A stretch of 64,000 nt of DNA, from positions 12,166,909 through 12,230,908 of the forward strand of contig CM082580.2 of the NCBI GenBank assembly GCA_040954595.2, in the 5' to 3' direction. The translations under genes and the position numbers were made by a program. The stretch is from Balanoglossus misakiensis. Lineage: Eukaryota; Animalia; Hemichordata. Below the pieces are notes generated by a model. The model saw nothing but the letters and a program-made list of their open reading frames with translations. It was not told the origin of the DNA and ran no database searches. Positions 52,244 through 64,000 of the stretch are shown here, piece after piece. Position 1 is the stretch's first letter, and the number at the start of each line of letters is the position of its first letter.

Positions 52244-55200
52244 CTATTCTGTCTTAGACTCTATGTCGTACGCAAGCTCCAGGCAAAGTCGCCGGTACAA
52301 CTTCGTCAAGACCAAGAGTTCCTGTGATTTCTAAACAATGAGAACACAGGAACAGTGCATGAGTATCACAAAGTTTGAAGCCAAACCAAACCGTGCTTTG
52401 TCAATCACAGAATCAAACCGTGCACGAAGGAACCTAAGTCTGGACTCAAGACCGAGTGTGTTTAGATAGACTCACACACCGATGTGCGAGTCTATCTAAA
52501 CACACTCAGTCTGGAGTCCAGACTAGAAGGAACCATGGTTCACAAAAACAAGGTATACTCACATTATTCAGTGTCTCTTTCAGAGTAGCCACAGTGACAC
52601 TCTTTTGTTTCTTTTTGGAGTCTTTCCTAGTCTGCCCACTTCGTCTTGCCTGGGACCCATCTCGTTTGTTAGCGTTCACAGTGCTTGTATTGACTTCGTA
52701 TGGATTGTGGTGCAGCGAAATTATCTACAAAGAAACATCCTTATGTTATGGCTAATCCTGCTCATAACTTCATTAACGTCAATCGAAGACCACAGAGACT
52801 TACACGGACGTTCCAAAATGTGTAGGCCAAAAGACTCAGGAATATTGTTAAACTCTGTGGAGAACTACTTGCAAGTTTTTGTGAAGTCTTTCTTTTACAT
52901 TGACACAGATGACAAACGATCTGATGTATATATAGTGAGACTGTTTTCTACACCTACCTTAGGTCCAAATGCTAAGCACAGAACCAAAGTATTTGCTAAA
53001 AATACGCCGGTCCCAGTTATTGTGTACACAAGAGTGACCTGGTTCGTTAGAAAGTATTGCGCCAAGGGTGTGATGACACATACCAGGGCAACAACATAAA
53101 CGGAGAAAGCGATTTGTCGACCTGCAAAAAGACAAATAAATCGGCAATGAAATGATGACCCGGTAAAGCAAGCTGAAAATCTGTAATTAGCTCTGGCTGA
53201 CTTTTTAAATCCATAAATATTATGAATCATAGCAATTATTCATATAACAAATTAAATTATTATAAAAAGAAAAATTTGAAACCCCTACTTTCATTTAGAG
53301 CCGCAACTTGTACAGAGCGAATAGCCCAGGCCAAGAATACTCCGAAGAAGAGAAGAACTGCCTTGTAGACGAATAGACTTATAGTCCAATATTGAGAGTA
53401 GACTGAGTTGCACTGGCGTGATTGGTAGATGTAGAGAAAGTCGTGTCCATTCTCATCAGTGATTGCCTGTTAAGAAAAGACAGGTGTAATGACACTTTTG
53501 CTGACAATATGTCTGAATATGCATCAATATGTGTGTGAATTGCCTTGTTATAATAAAACAAACTTACCTCACGTTGTAAGACACTTAAAGTACTCGACAA
53601 TGGATCAATGATAATCCAGCTAAGCGAAATAATGATGTCCACAATAACCATGACAACGACGCCAGTTATAAGTCTTGAATCTCCAACTCGCTGCAAAGAA
53701 ATCAGTGTTGCGTTTATGCATACTTGGTACCATACTAAAAACGAAGTGTATTGAGATACCCAAGGTCAGTTAAAGTCAGGAAATAATTAATATACTTATT
53801 AAACTTACAATATCACCAAACTTTTCCATGGCAATTTTAAATATGGCGTAGACCCTATACGTCTTCATAAACAGTGCACCGAATGCAAGCGATAAACCAA
53901 TCGACAACAGAATTGGTTGTCCCTGAAATTGACCATAAAGAAGTAATTGCGACTGGGAATTTTGGAAATGGTCGCGCAGGATTATTAACTGGCTCACTGT
54001 AGTGATAATTGGTTTCATGTCGTGCGACCATAATATCCATAGTAATATGACAGTTGAGTTCACTTACATGACACTGGACGGTGAACTGTAACGGTGTCAT
54101 CTTTGATGTGTCTGCTCCATACAGAATAATCAAGATGTAGAGCAGAATGCAGCCAGTGAGAATAAAGTTGTTCAAGAACGGACTTGAGATCTTGATAGCT
54201 CTGCGAGAAAGGTGTGAATTGTAGGAGGATTTCAGTGAAAGTTCACACAAGTTTCAGAATGATTGTTTTTATTAAAACTAACATCAGTTATGACGAACTA
54301 TAAATAATTAACAACTTACCCAAGCTTCCTGTACTTGATGTTCAAAACTAAGCAGGCCAAAGCAAACAGAACACCGATACACGCAAATGTATACATCACG
54401 ATACGAGCAGGGAACGAAGGAATGGCGATAACACGGATTTCCTCAACGCCATCGGTTGGTGGCAGTCGTCCTGTAAAACAATAGTCATTGACGGTTATCA
54501 TACATTTCACTATACTATAGTTTTGATACTACAATAATCGATTGTGCCATTTTAATCATACGCAAGTCAAGAAACCAGGCAAAGGGGTTTTATACACATC
54601 AAAATACCACATCACAGATTACGAGACATTACAACATATCTACAACTTCATCATGTGTTTGACAAGATATCATAATACTCACCCTGCCATCGAATGGGAC
54701 TGCTTTCACTCCATTTGAATGAGTCATGCCCAACATCATACATGCCGACACGAACCATTTCCTGCTCTGCAAATTAAAAAAAAAGCGAAATAATTTTCAA
54801 AACGAGAGGTTCTTGGGAAATTGTAAATAATTCCATGTTGAATATTGAAGGCAAGGTATTTTGTATTTCATACCTTGCATTTGCTCTATGATCAGCTCAG
54901 AGATCCTGTCGCCGTTTGCAGTGAATTCTATTTTACCCTGAAAGAAAAAATCAATCAAATGATTGAGAAATGTGACAACCTTGGTATTTAAGTAATATCT
55001 ACATGTGCTCTTTTAATTCTTTCCCGCTTGTCAAGTGCACCGTCACACGCTGAGCATGCGTTGTTCACCTATTATGGCGTGTTTTTTTTCACTTTTGCCC
55101 GTAAGGCAGAAGTTGGCTCATTGCACACGCAGAAGGCACAGATTCAATCTCACTGAGTCAATGTACGTACGTTGGACAAATGTATTAAGTTTCTAAAATA

Positions 55201-58200
55201 TCAAACTGTGTATTCATACATGGAAGTTAACATGACTTGACAGAAGCTGAAGAGCGCCACCATGCGACATTTTCAATCGCAAAACTACAAGTGGCCACTC
55301 CAAAGAACACCAAACTGAAATTGCACTGAACGTCGTTATATACTCACTGTGACACCGTGCAACGCCAAACCTTGCACCGAATCCCGGATGTAATGAGCCA
55401 TTTCGGCATCCTGGTAGGTGAAGTCCGTCAGATGTCGAGGGGGGTCCAAGCCTGACAGTAAGTTTTCTGAATTGTTCAGAGCGATGGCCACGCACATCAT
55501 CGCATCGTACACAAACCCGGCGTAGTAATATGTGGACTGCATGCCAGTGAACAGGTCCAGGTCTGCTTGATTCGGTGTCTGCAACAGATATAGGAAATCA
55601 CATCAAACAGCGAATCGCTAACTGGAGAAAAGTTTGAAGACAAAAGCAGCATGCAAGCTTTATACATTCGTCACCTAGTCACTAAGACTATAAAACCATG
55701 AGCGTGTTTTATAGCCACTGGCACTTTCAAGGGCAGTTTTCAGTTTTCAAGCTGTGTGAAACAAAGGCGCATCGAATAAAATTACTCTATGAATTTCTTT
55801 TTAAATCCGTGCTTTTGAATCCTTTTGGATTCGTCACCTTGAAACATTGCAACAGGATCAAGCCACAGTTTATTGTTAAAAGAACGTCCGCTTTCATTAT
55901 TATATTAGCGTGATTTTTTTATATGCACAATGAGAACGAAACAGTTGGAAAACTCTTTGTAATCTTCTGTAGCGCTACCGGTACTAGGGGATAGCATTCA
56001 GTTATTGACTGAAACTCTGAAAAGATCTTTTTCTCTGTCGCTTTGATTAGTTAAATAAACCCGAAAAGCTTCTGCTGATGTGTTTGAATAGTTGTCATGA
56101 CGATACTCTAGGCCACTATAACTTATGAGAAGCACTCTTCAAACAGACAATTTTAGTTGCACATGAATTTATCTTTTAGTGTGTTTTTCGATATATACTA
56201 TAAATCTAACAAGGCTCAAGATGATTCACAATAACTATTTTCTTCGTTTTACTACTTCTGAGATGTTTCCTAAAGAATAAGTAAAATGCAAGGCCAGAGG
56301 GCGTTTTTATATCCCTGAATATGCAGTGAAGTAATTTCATCACGGGAAAGTTATCACTTCGTACACAATGAAAGAAATACATGATTGGAACTTTTGACAC
56401 CAAATACAATTTTATTATACGTCGAACAGAATAGCTCAGAACGTTAAGTAACAACACCGTCGCACTGACAAAAACACATATTGAGCAACTCGCATTTTGA
56501 CAAATGGCGTAGAGCATTCTTGTTTCGATATACTTTGAAAGAAACGTGAGCATAATATTGACTGACTTTTATGTCCACGACGCTAATTGGAACGGTGTAT
56601 TGCGGCGTAGGCGTTTTCAACTCACCACTCCTTGGAAATTGACGTCGTTGAAATCCTGAGTGTAGGACAACACTTTGATGCTGAGGTAACCGTTGACGAC
56701 AGATTCCATTTGTGCATCAGTGCATGTGATGTCGTCATCGCCAATCCGCTCGAGGTACCAGCCAGTGTTGAGCCAGCCGAAGAGCATCCACACAAACTTC
56801 TGCCCGTATAGGTTCAATCGGTAGGCCTACAGTAAACAAAAAATAAATTTATATTTACATTTGTATGTAATTCCACGATTTGAGAATTTATGCAAAATAA
56901 GGCGGTATGTTTTGAGCTAGAACTTACTGACAGAAGTTAGAAACGCAATGTTTAGTTGAATATATTTAATGAAAAAATACTTCGTTTTTAGAGAAACAAT
57001 AAGCTAAAGACGTTACCTCGCACATGATCTGTCTGGTCATGTCCGGATATGCCAACGCGATGATAATCCTGGCATTGTGATTCTAAAATACAAATAAAGG
57101 CACAAATCATACATTACACATGCACATTGAATGTGCGTTTACAAAGGTAACATTTAGGGTCGCCAAATGTTTCACCAATGCAATATTTTGGACCCACGTC
57201 ACCATTGCTCATTATGTGTCTTGAATCGAGGGGTGTATCCTAGAGATCGAAGGATCTGGAAGATTGAGAGTTGATTTTGTTTAATCCAGAATCTCCACAG
57301 AATGTTTAAAGAAAGAAAGACAGCATATATGGTTAGATTGCTGGCTGTAAATGGCTTATTGCATTCCAAGATAAAGAAATCATCCCATTAAAGTCCAGCA
57401 TGATATCTTCATAGGAAAACAAACAACCAGTGATAGGAGGACAGATAGTATTAAATGTTGACTAAACCTTTAAACTCTGGATTTGGGCAGTAGGCTGAAA
57501 TCCGTTCTGTGTGTGTTCCACTGTTAAAACTTCATATCCGCCGCGTTCTCTCAATAGAGACACCAATTCTCTCATAAGCTGTCGACCAAAATAAATTAAT
57601 ATGGAAGTCCTTGTAGTACTTCTGCGTGACCTTCATAATCTTCATGAGGTTTACAAGGATTTTGTTTGCCCTGAAGCCATACAGTAAATGGCCTTTGGAA
57701 AATATGAGTTTAAATTGCAGACGTGACAGGCCTGTCGCAAAATGCTTTTAACGAGCTTTTACTTCAAGAATACAGAATCACTATACGCAGTCACTATAGT
57801 GATCAACCACATTGAAAACTAGCAAATCAATTCTTCGCGAATTCTACTTGCTCTGAGTTGAAAGATTCACACAATCCTCACCAGGCCAAAAATTTCTTCG
57901 TCCTCGTATATGATAGCCACTTTCCTCCAATTGAAATTTCGCAATAAAGCTTCCCAAGCAGGTATCAATATAGTGTCGCTAGGATACAGGCGCAGAAACA
58001 AAGGATACCTTTCCTTATCAGAGAATCCAGGGGAAGATGCAGTGCCGGACACCTTAATGTCAGTAAAAAAATAAATAAAATAGTTTTGATGATGTCATAC
58101 TATCTGAGAAAGAAGCTGAAAATAAAAATTTAAAGATGAGTTTGCAGTGTCCAAAAGAACTTTGCATTGCACTTCATGGCCAAGTAAAACCTAGTATGAA

Positions 58201-60154
58201 ATACGCACGCAATTGAAGAGCATTTGCACCATCTGAAATCACAGGAAGATTGAAGTATGTTTCCAATGGAGGATTTACATGCACCGCAGGTATATACATG
58301 TACTTCTTTCTTTTTCAATCAAATAAAGAACAAATCAACAGGAAATGGCATCTGCAATCAGTGTCTCTACTGTCACATTTACACAGTCCTTGGACTCTAC
58401 TTATCGTTTCCATGTTTTCAATACTTCTTCTTATAATGGCAGAAAAATATATTCCTGTCCAAGCTCGAAATACCATACACAAAGGAAAACGTTCCATCAA
58501 CAACATTGCTTTTAGAACACCAAGACTATATGACCTTAATTCGCAAGTGATATCGACCAATTTCCTCGAAAAATAAAACAATTTCACACCTGCCTCGTGA
58601 AGAGTAGGCGCTGTATATTTAAATTAGTATCTGAAGAGGCAGTGGTAAATTAGTTTTCACGCCGGGCGGATGTATTTTTAAGGCATCCTGAGGAGAGCTG
58701 TCCACTGTGTTTTCCATTACGGAGATGATCGTCTGCCATTCAGACATTGATAGTACCCACCTCGGGGCACAGATTTTCAGAGAAAAAAAATAGTTCATAA
58801 AACCGCTCAAATTATTTGGCATGGTATATTAAAGTTTGTGATGAGTACTTTCCAACAGATAAGAAAACAGGGGGTGTTCACCATCTTGTTTTCACAAACA
58901 AATCACTACTTAAAATTGGACCACAAAAATTGGCAACCATTTTAAATTTAAATTTTGCCCATCATTGTAAAAATGCAGTGTCTGATAGTTTTACTCTCAA
59001 TTTTAAGAGAATATAATCTAAAGCTGCCTTGTGCAAAAATACATGAAAGGTTTAAGACTTTGATTTTAATTGTACAGAGACAGGATGGAATAGTCTAGTC
59101 AAGACTAGAATATGACATTTTTAAAAAAAAAATTTTAGGTTCGGGGTTGTGTTATGTAGCATTAGGGCCTTTACAAATATACACCCTGATATTGTTCTCA
59201 GATCCAACTAAATATCACGTTTCAATAAAAACGTGTGGCATTCTTATTCACATCTTTTCTCAATCGCAACAAAACAGCACGTTTCCAATATAAAAATACC
59301 TATGGCGTACGGTACATACAGTATCTCAATGTTGTGTCACATTGGCACACATTAATAATAATATGCTAATACATACTGAACGAAGAAAGTACACACAACC
59401 GCTTTCTGTCTGTCGGACACAACCGTCTAGTGAGAAAAGGGTGACATACATGTATACTAAGAATTGAACCCGCTAGACTGAGATAATATATACTAGCAAG
59501 TGTATCATACACACGACATGTTGCTGATATGGGTGCACATTAGCTAGTACAACCAAACTTACTTGTATCAGGTTATAGTGGGATGCAACTTCGCACACAG
59601 GTTGAGCAACTCTAGAACTTGTCGAGACAACTAGCATCAGAAGCTGAGGCTTCTCGTAGACAAAATCATACAATATGCTGAGCGCCTCGCCTGTCATGGT
59701 AGCCTAGTAAGAAACATACATGAAGAGCCTCGTAAGTCGATAGGAAAATATCCGCGGAGAAAGCATGATTATCTCAGAGAAAAGCTTCGATTTGACATTT
59801 TTGGCTCCCTGTGGGACATGGTCATTTTCAAAACATGTCATTCAGAATTACGCAAAACAGCACATACATAAAGAAAAAAAATATATATATATGTAAGGAG
59901 GCACATACCGAGCTGATACCGGTGAAATTATCAATCATCACCAACTCATACTCGGGCAGAATGTCCGGATTCGAATGCACAAAGTCCAGCGCGCTCCTAG
60001 TTCCGTATTCCATTTCCGTGTTCGCACCCGGCAAAACGGCCATTGATTGGAAAAGCCCACCAATATGCAACGGCTGTTTCTGTGCAAAAAATCTGTTTAC
60101 GAAACCGGCTACGAGGATTGCGATGACGAACCCCTTCATGCTGAAATGATGCAT
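52244..60154 (-). CDS. GABA-B-receptor-like class C GPCR, copy B (17 exons)
   Basis: Same exon set and phases as copy A: LHIGGLF, SSPGFSDKERYPLFLRLYPS, LYGQKFVWMLFGW, IKISSPFLNN, KTYRVYAIF, LNESRQI, FGPK; ends KSQELLVL..IESKTE*. Confidence 0.9.
52426..52534. mobile_element. Palindromic MITE (52435-52525) with 9-bp TSD GAAGGAACC in the last intron of GPCR copy B
   Basis: Arms AGTCTGGACTC..GAGTGTGTTTAGATAGACTC and GAGTCTATCTAAACACACTC..GAGTCCAGACT; GAAGGAACC at 52426-52434 and 52526-52534. Confidence 0.9.
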
Positions 60155-61846
60155 CGTCGTTGACTTTCCGACAGACAAATGTTGATTTTTGACCGAGTCA
60201 TTGACGAATAGTCGCCAGAACACTCTTTGGAAGAAGCTTGCGAAAACATGATTTTTGATTGGTCAGCCAGGTTTAGTGATGCGCCAATTAGGTTGAGGGA
60301 TCTGTTTAACTTCGGGGTGGGAGTCTATAGCTGACAGGATGCGCGAATGTGATTGATACGCAATTTCAGAAAATTATTCTTTCTCTCTCTCTTTTCTTCT
60401 ATAAGATAATTCAGGCCTTATCTTTTGTGCCGTTTCATCGATACTCCAGTAAATCGGTGCAATAGCTTCGGGTTACATACATGAGACTGAGTTGTGTTCG
60501 AGCCTCGGCTTATAGGCCCACGACTTAAGCCCAACTAATGAGTATACTTAGATATACATGTTTATACTTCATCGAACGTGCTCACAAGCTACGATGCTAA
60601 TCATTTTTGAAATAAACACGCATGCTTTCCAGGAAAATCTTGAAATCATCACTCACAGATGATCAAAGTCATAGCTACTCCGGGTTGTTGTCAAAAGATT
60701 GAAGGCCCGGGATTGAGCAAACGAGCGACTTGACTAAAACGACAGACTACAGTCATTCACACTAAATTCTTTGGAAAAGAAGAAAAATACATAGATATTA
60801 TATGACAAAGAATATAATAAAAATGGCATTGCTTTGTAAAGGGCATTTTTGAGCGGCCTTCTTTCTGCAGCAGGGCGTTGCCCTTAGTGACGGGTCCTTG
60901 TCTGTTCGCACCTTAGGGAGATCTGTTGCATTCCCATTGGGAGGTCATGCATATCGCGATCGAACCGCCAATCAGAAGGTAGATTTATAGTCATATGATT
61001 AGTTTTCTGTAAGTTTTCTTCGTGTAGGGGTGCTTGACAGGAAGCCCTATCGATCAACCGCTCTGTTGAATTGCGCGCGGCCTTTACGCTGTGATAACCA
61101 GCTGGAAGTCTCTAGGTCGCAAGATGTAACAGCTGTTAAGCAGTTGAAGATGTAGCGTCTTGCAATTTGTGACATTTCTAATATGCTTGCACGCACACAC
61201 CACGACTATGTTCTCTTGCATTGGCAGGCGGAATTAGCGGGTATTGTTTAAGTTAATAGTCGTTCAGGTTTAAACATACAGCAACGATCTTCATAAATGT
61301 TTGTGTATACTAATCAGTAAGCTTATTAAAATAGGTAAAGTAAAATATTAAAGTAAAATCATGAAAATAGTGTGAAAAATAGAAGTTCACAGGGCTTCAA
61401 ACACATTTAATCTACTTAAGAAAGTCAAGGTACATATATGGGACATTCCGCAATACTGAATTGAGCATTTAGAGTAAAACATTCCTTTAAAATATTGAAT
61501 CAAGAACTAGACACGCGTTCCAGGAACTAGTAGATTCATGAATAAAGCATAATACTAACCTTATAACATCCTGAAAAATGAACTAGAACAGAAGTCTGGG
61601 GCAAAACAAAAACACATCTAATATAAAGACACACTGAAGATTAACACTATGAAATAGGACAATAAGACGTGATTAAAAACAACTTATTTGACACTGTGAT
61701 GTCTTAACTGGTACTGCAAGCCCCAGTCTGGTTGGTGAAACCAGTGACAACAGACGTCATTTCACCGCGTACAAGAAAAAATACCTATGTGGGGTCCGGT
61801 CAACATCATTGCAGTTTCTATAAAGACACTACTGATATTTCTTTTT

Positions 61847-64000
61847 TTACTGGTCTTCACACGCGAAGTGAATACAACGCCGCTGCAAAATGTTCTTCAG
61901 CACGGCCAGTTCCTGCAATTTCTAAACAAAACACAAAAAAAGTTGAGTAAGAAAGTTCGGAAGCAACCAGCCATCAAATATATATGGGGTCCTCAAATCA
62001 ATTGGTCAACAGAAGTAATCACCATTTAAAATATCTACAATAAAACACTTTGAAGGAAAACGTACAGCGTTGAGCGTTTCCTCAAGGGAATCCACCGTTT
62101 CTATCTTGTCTGTTTTCTTGGAACCTTGATAACCACGCCGCCAACCTTGTTGCGACGTGCGGTCTTTGTTCAGTTGGCCGGATTTAACGGTGCTTGTGTT
62201 CACATCATGCGGGTTTTCTAGTAGCGATAATATCTGCAAAGGAAAGAAAAGGATTTCATTCCAGTTTATTCCAACAATTGCCAGAAAAAAAGTATCACCA
62301 TTCAAGCTGAGTGTGAAGAAGCATTCTCGCGCACAGCCTGAGCTCTAACTGTCGCGGTAAAGAGGTAAGTGGTTTACGACGATGGCAAAGAACACGAAGT
62401 CGTAAATGAAGAGCCCCTGCCGGGAATTTACGGTAATGGACCGTATGATAACGCTGCTACAATGAACATATGGTGATCGCGAAGTTAACAGTAATTTGTG
62501 TGTATAGTTAGGTAGTGAAAGTGTTGCTACCGCCATCATTCATTCAGCAGTCAATAGTAATGATTCTCTAAGGAAGCAGCCAAATGGTCTGTCTGTAGAC
62601 TATAACATCGGCATAAAGTCCCGGAAAGTTACGGTAAATTGGCCATGTACAACTTTGACATGAAAGAATGGAAATTGCGAGAAGTAGCTCTGGAAATGCG
62701 AGCAAAATGTGTAAATTTATGTAAAGTACGCGTTGCAGGGTGGCAAAATCACGCCTACCTTTGGTCCGAATGCCAAGCAGAGAACCAAAGTATTGGCCAA
62801 AAATATGCCGGTTCCGGTGATGGCGTATACCAAGGTGGGTTGGTTCGTCAGGAAGTATTGCACCAAAGGGATGAAGACACATACCAGGGCTACAACGTAT
62901 ACCGAGAGGGCGATCTGTCGACCTGAGCAGAGGAAAAAGAACGACTGGCAAAATGACTCATGATTTCAGGATGATTTGAAATACTTATTGATTTATTTAG
63001 ACCTCTATACAGTAAGAGCAAGGTTGCCTTGTATATACTTGGCAGATGCCATACTGGAAACACGCTTACTTACTTTCATTGAGTGCAGCAACCTGCACAG
63101 AGCGAATCGCCCAAGCCAAGAACACTCCCAGGAAAAGCATAACAGCTTTGCAGACATAGAGACTAATGGTCCAGTATTGGGTGTACACTGAATAGCATTG
63201 GTGTGACTGATAGATGTACAGAAAGTCGTGTCCGTTCTCATCAGTAACTGCCTGTAGGGAATAAATTTAGTGTTAGTGGACACTGTATTTCCTGGCCATA
63301 AGAGCTGCAGCAGCCATTTGTTTCTTGACAGACACTGCTAATATTTGTGTGTGTTTTTAGTTTCTATCCATATATCGTCAGACAATCTTACCCGAGTTTG
63401 TAAGGCAGTCACTGTGCCTGACATCGGATCGATGACAATCCACCCAACGGAAATAATGATATCCATGATAACCATGACAACGACGCCGAGTATGAGCCTT
63501 GAATCACCAACACGCTGTAAGAGTATACTGTGTATAAAATCTCAGTCTATATGACACTGACACAAGTGTCAGTATAGAATGATATCAACTTCACGTGTCG
63601 ACAATCACAGGAAGTTAGATTTGAGTTGAATTTGGAGAGAAGCGTAATACGACTCCAACAATATCTATGTATGTCACAGCAAAACATGTCAAGTGTGTCA
63701 CAGTAGAGTATTTCAATGCCAATGAAAGTTATCATTTACTTACGATGTCGCCAAACTTTTCCACAGCAATCTTAAATATGGCGTAGACCCTGTATGTCTT
63801 CATAAAAAGCGCACCAAATGCAAGCGATAAACCAACTGATAAAAGTATCGGGCGAGTCTGAAAATGGTTACAGAATGGCACATCAACTGGTTATAGAATA
63901 CATGATGGCCACGAAGAATAGTACAAACATTGATTTTACTCAGTAAATACAGGGCAAGATACGCATTGCAATAGCAAAAAGGCTTTGGGTGTGGGATAAA
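61847..64000 (-). CDS. GABA-B-receptor-like class C GPCR, copy C; only the six 3' exons (TM3 to C-tail) are in the window
   Basis: Exons near 63858-63743 (FGALFMKTYRVYAIF), 63515-63391, 63252-63073 (AVTDENGHDFLYIYQS), 62922-62759 (FGPK), 62233-62071, 61921-61847 (KLQELAVLK..EDQ*). Confidence 0.88.

Noticed and set aside
1-64000. tRNA/rRNA genes, hammerhead ribozymes, selenoprotein TGA read-through, autonomous transposase or RT ORFs
   Set aside because: None recognised by eye; the CTGATGA hits I checked lack the required stems and GAAA. Covariance-model searches would be needed to exclude these formally.

Overview
Gene-dense, intron-rich animal genomic DNA, AT-rich, most consistent with an invertebrate deuterostome such as a hemichordate or echinoderm (inferred from gene content, not proven). 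Gene order: 3' end of a GT29 sialyltransferase (+), TMEM101 (+), BAZ1B/WSTF (-) head-to-head with GEN1 (+), L-gulonolactone oxidase (+), an intronless divergent Fez-like six-finger C2H2 gene (-), RPL36A (+), two head-to-head alpha-amylase paralogs, TARBP2/PRKRA (-) head-to-head with TACO1 (+), and a tandem array of at least three GABA-B-like class C GPCRs (-) running off the right edge. Several short non-autonomous DNA transposons with visible TIRs/TSDs lie in introns and UTRs. The most notable observations are: GABA-B-like receptors whose amine-binding pocket residues are replaced and differ between paralogs; the Eh1-less acidic Fez-like factor; a U12 intron and a GC-AG intron in BAZ1B; and a frame-shifted CQVHLK motif where vertebrate WSTF has its kinase-essential Cys. 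Gene names and residue comparisons come from recalled reference sequences; no searches were run.
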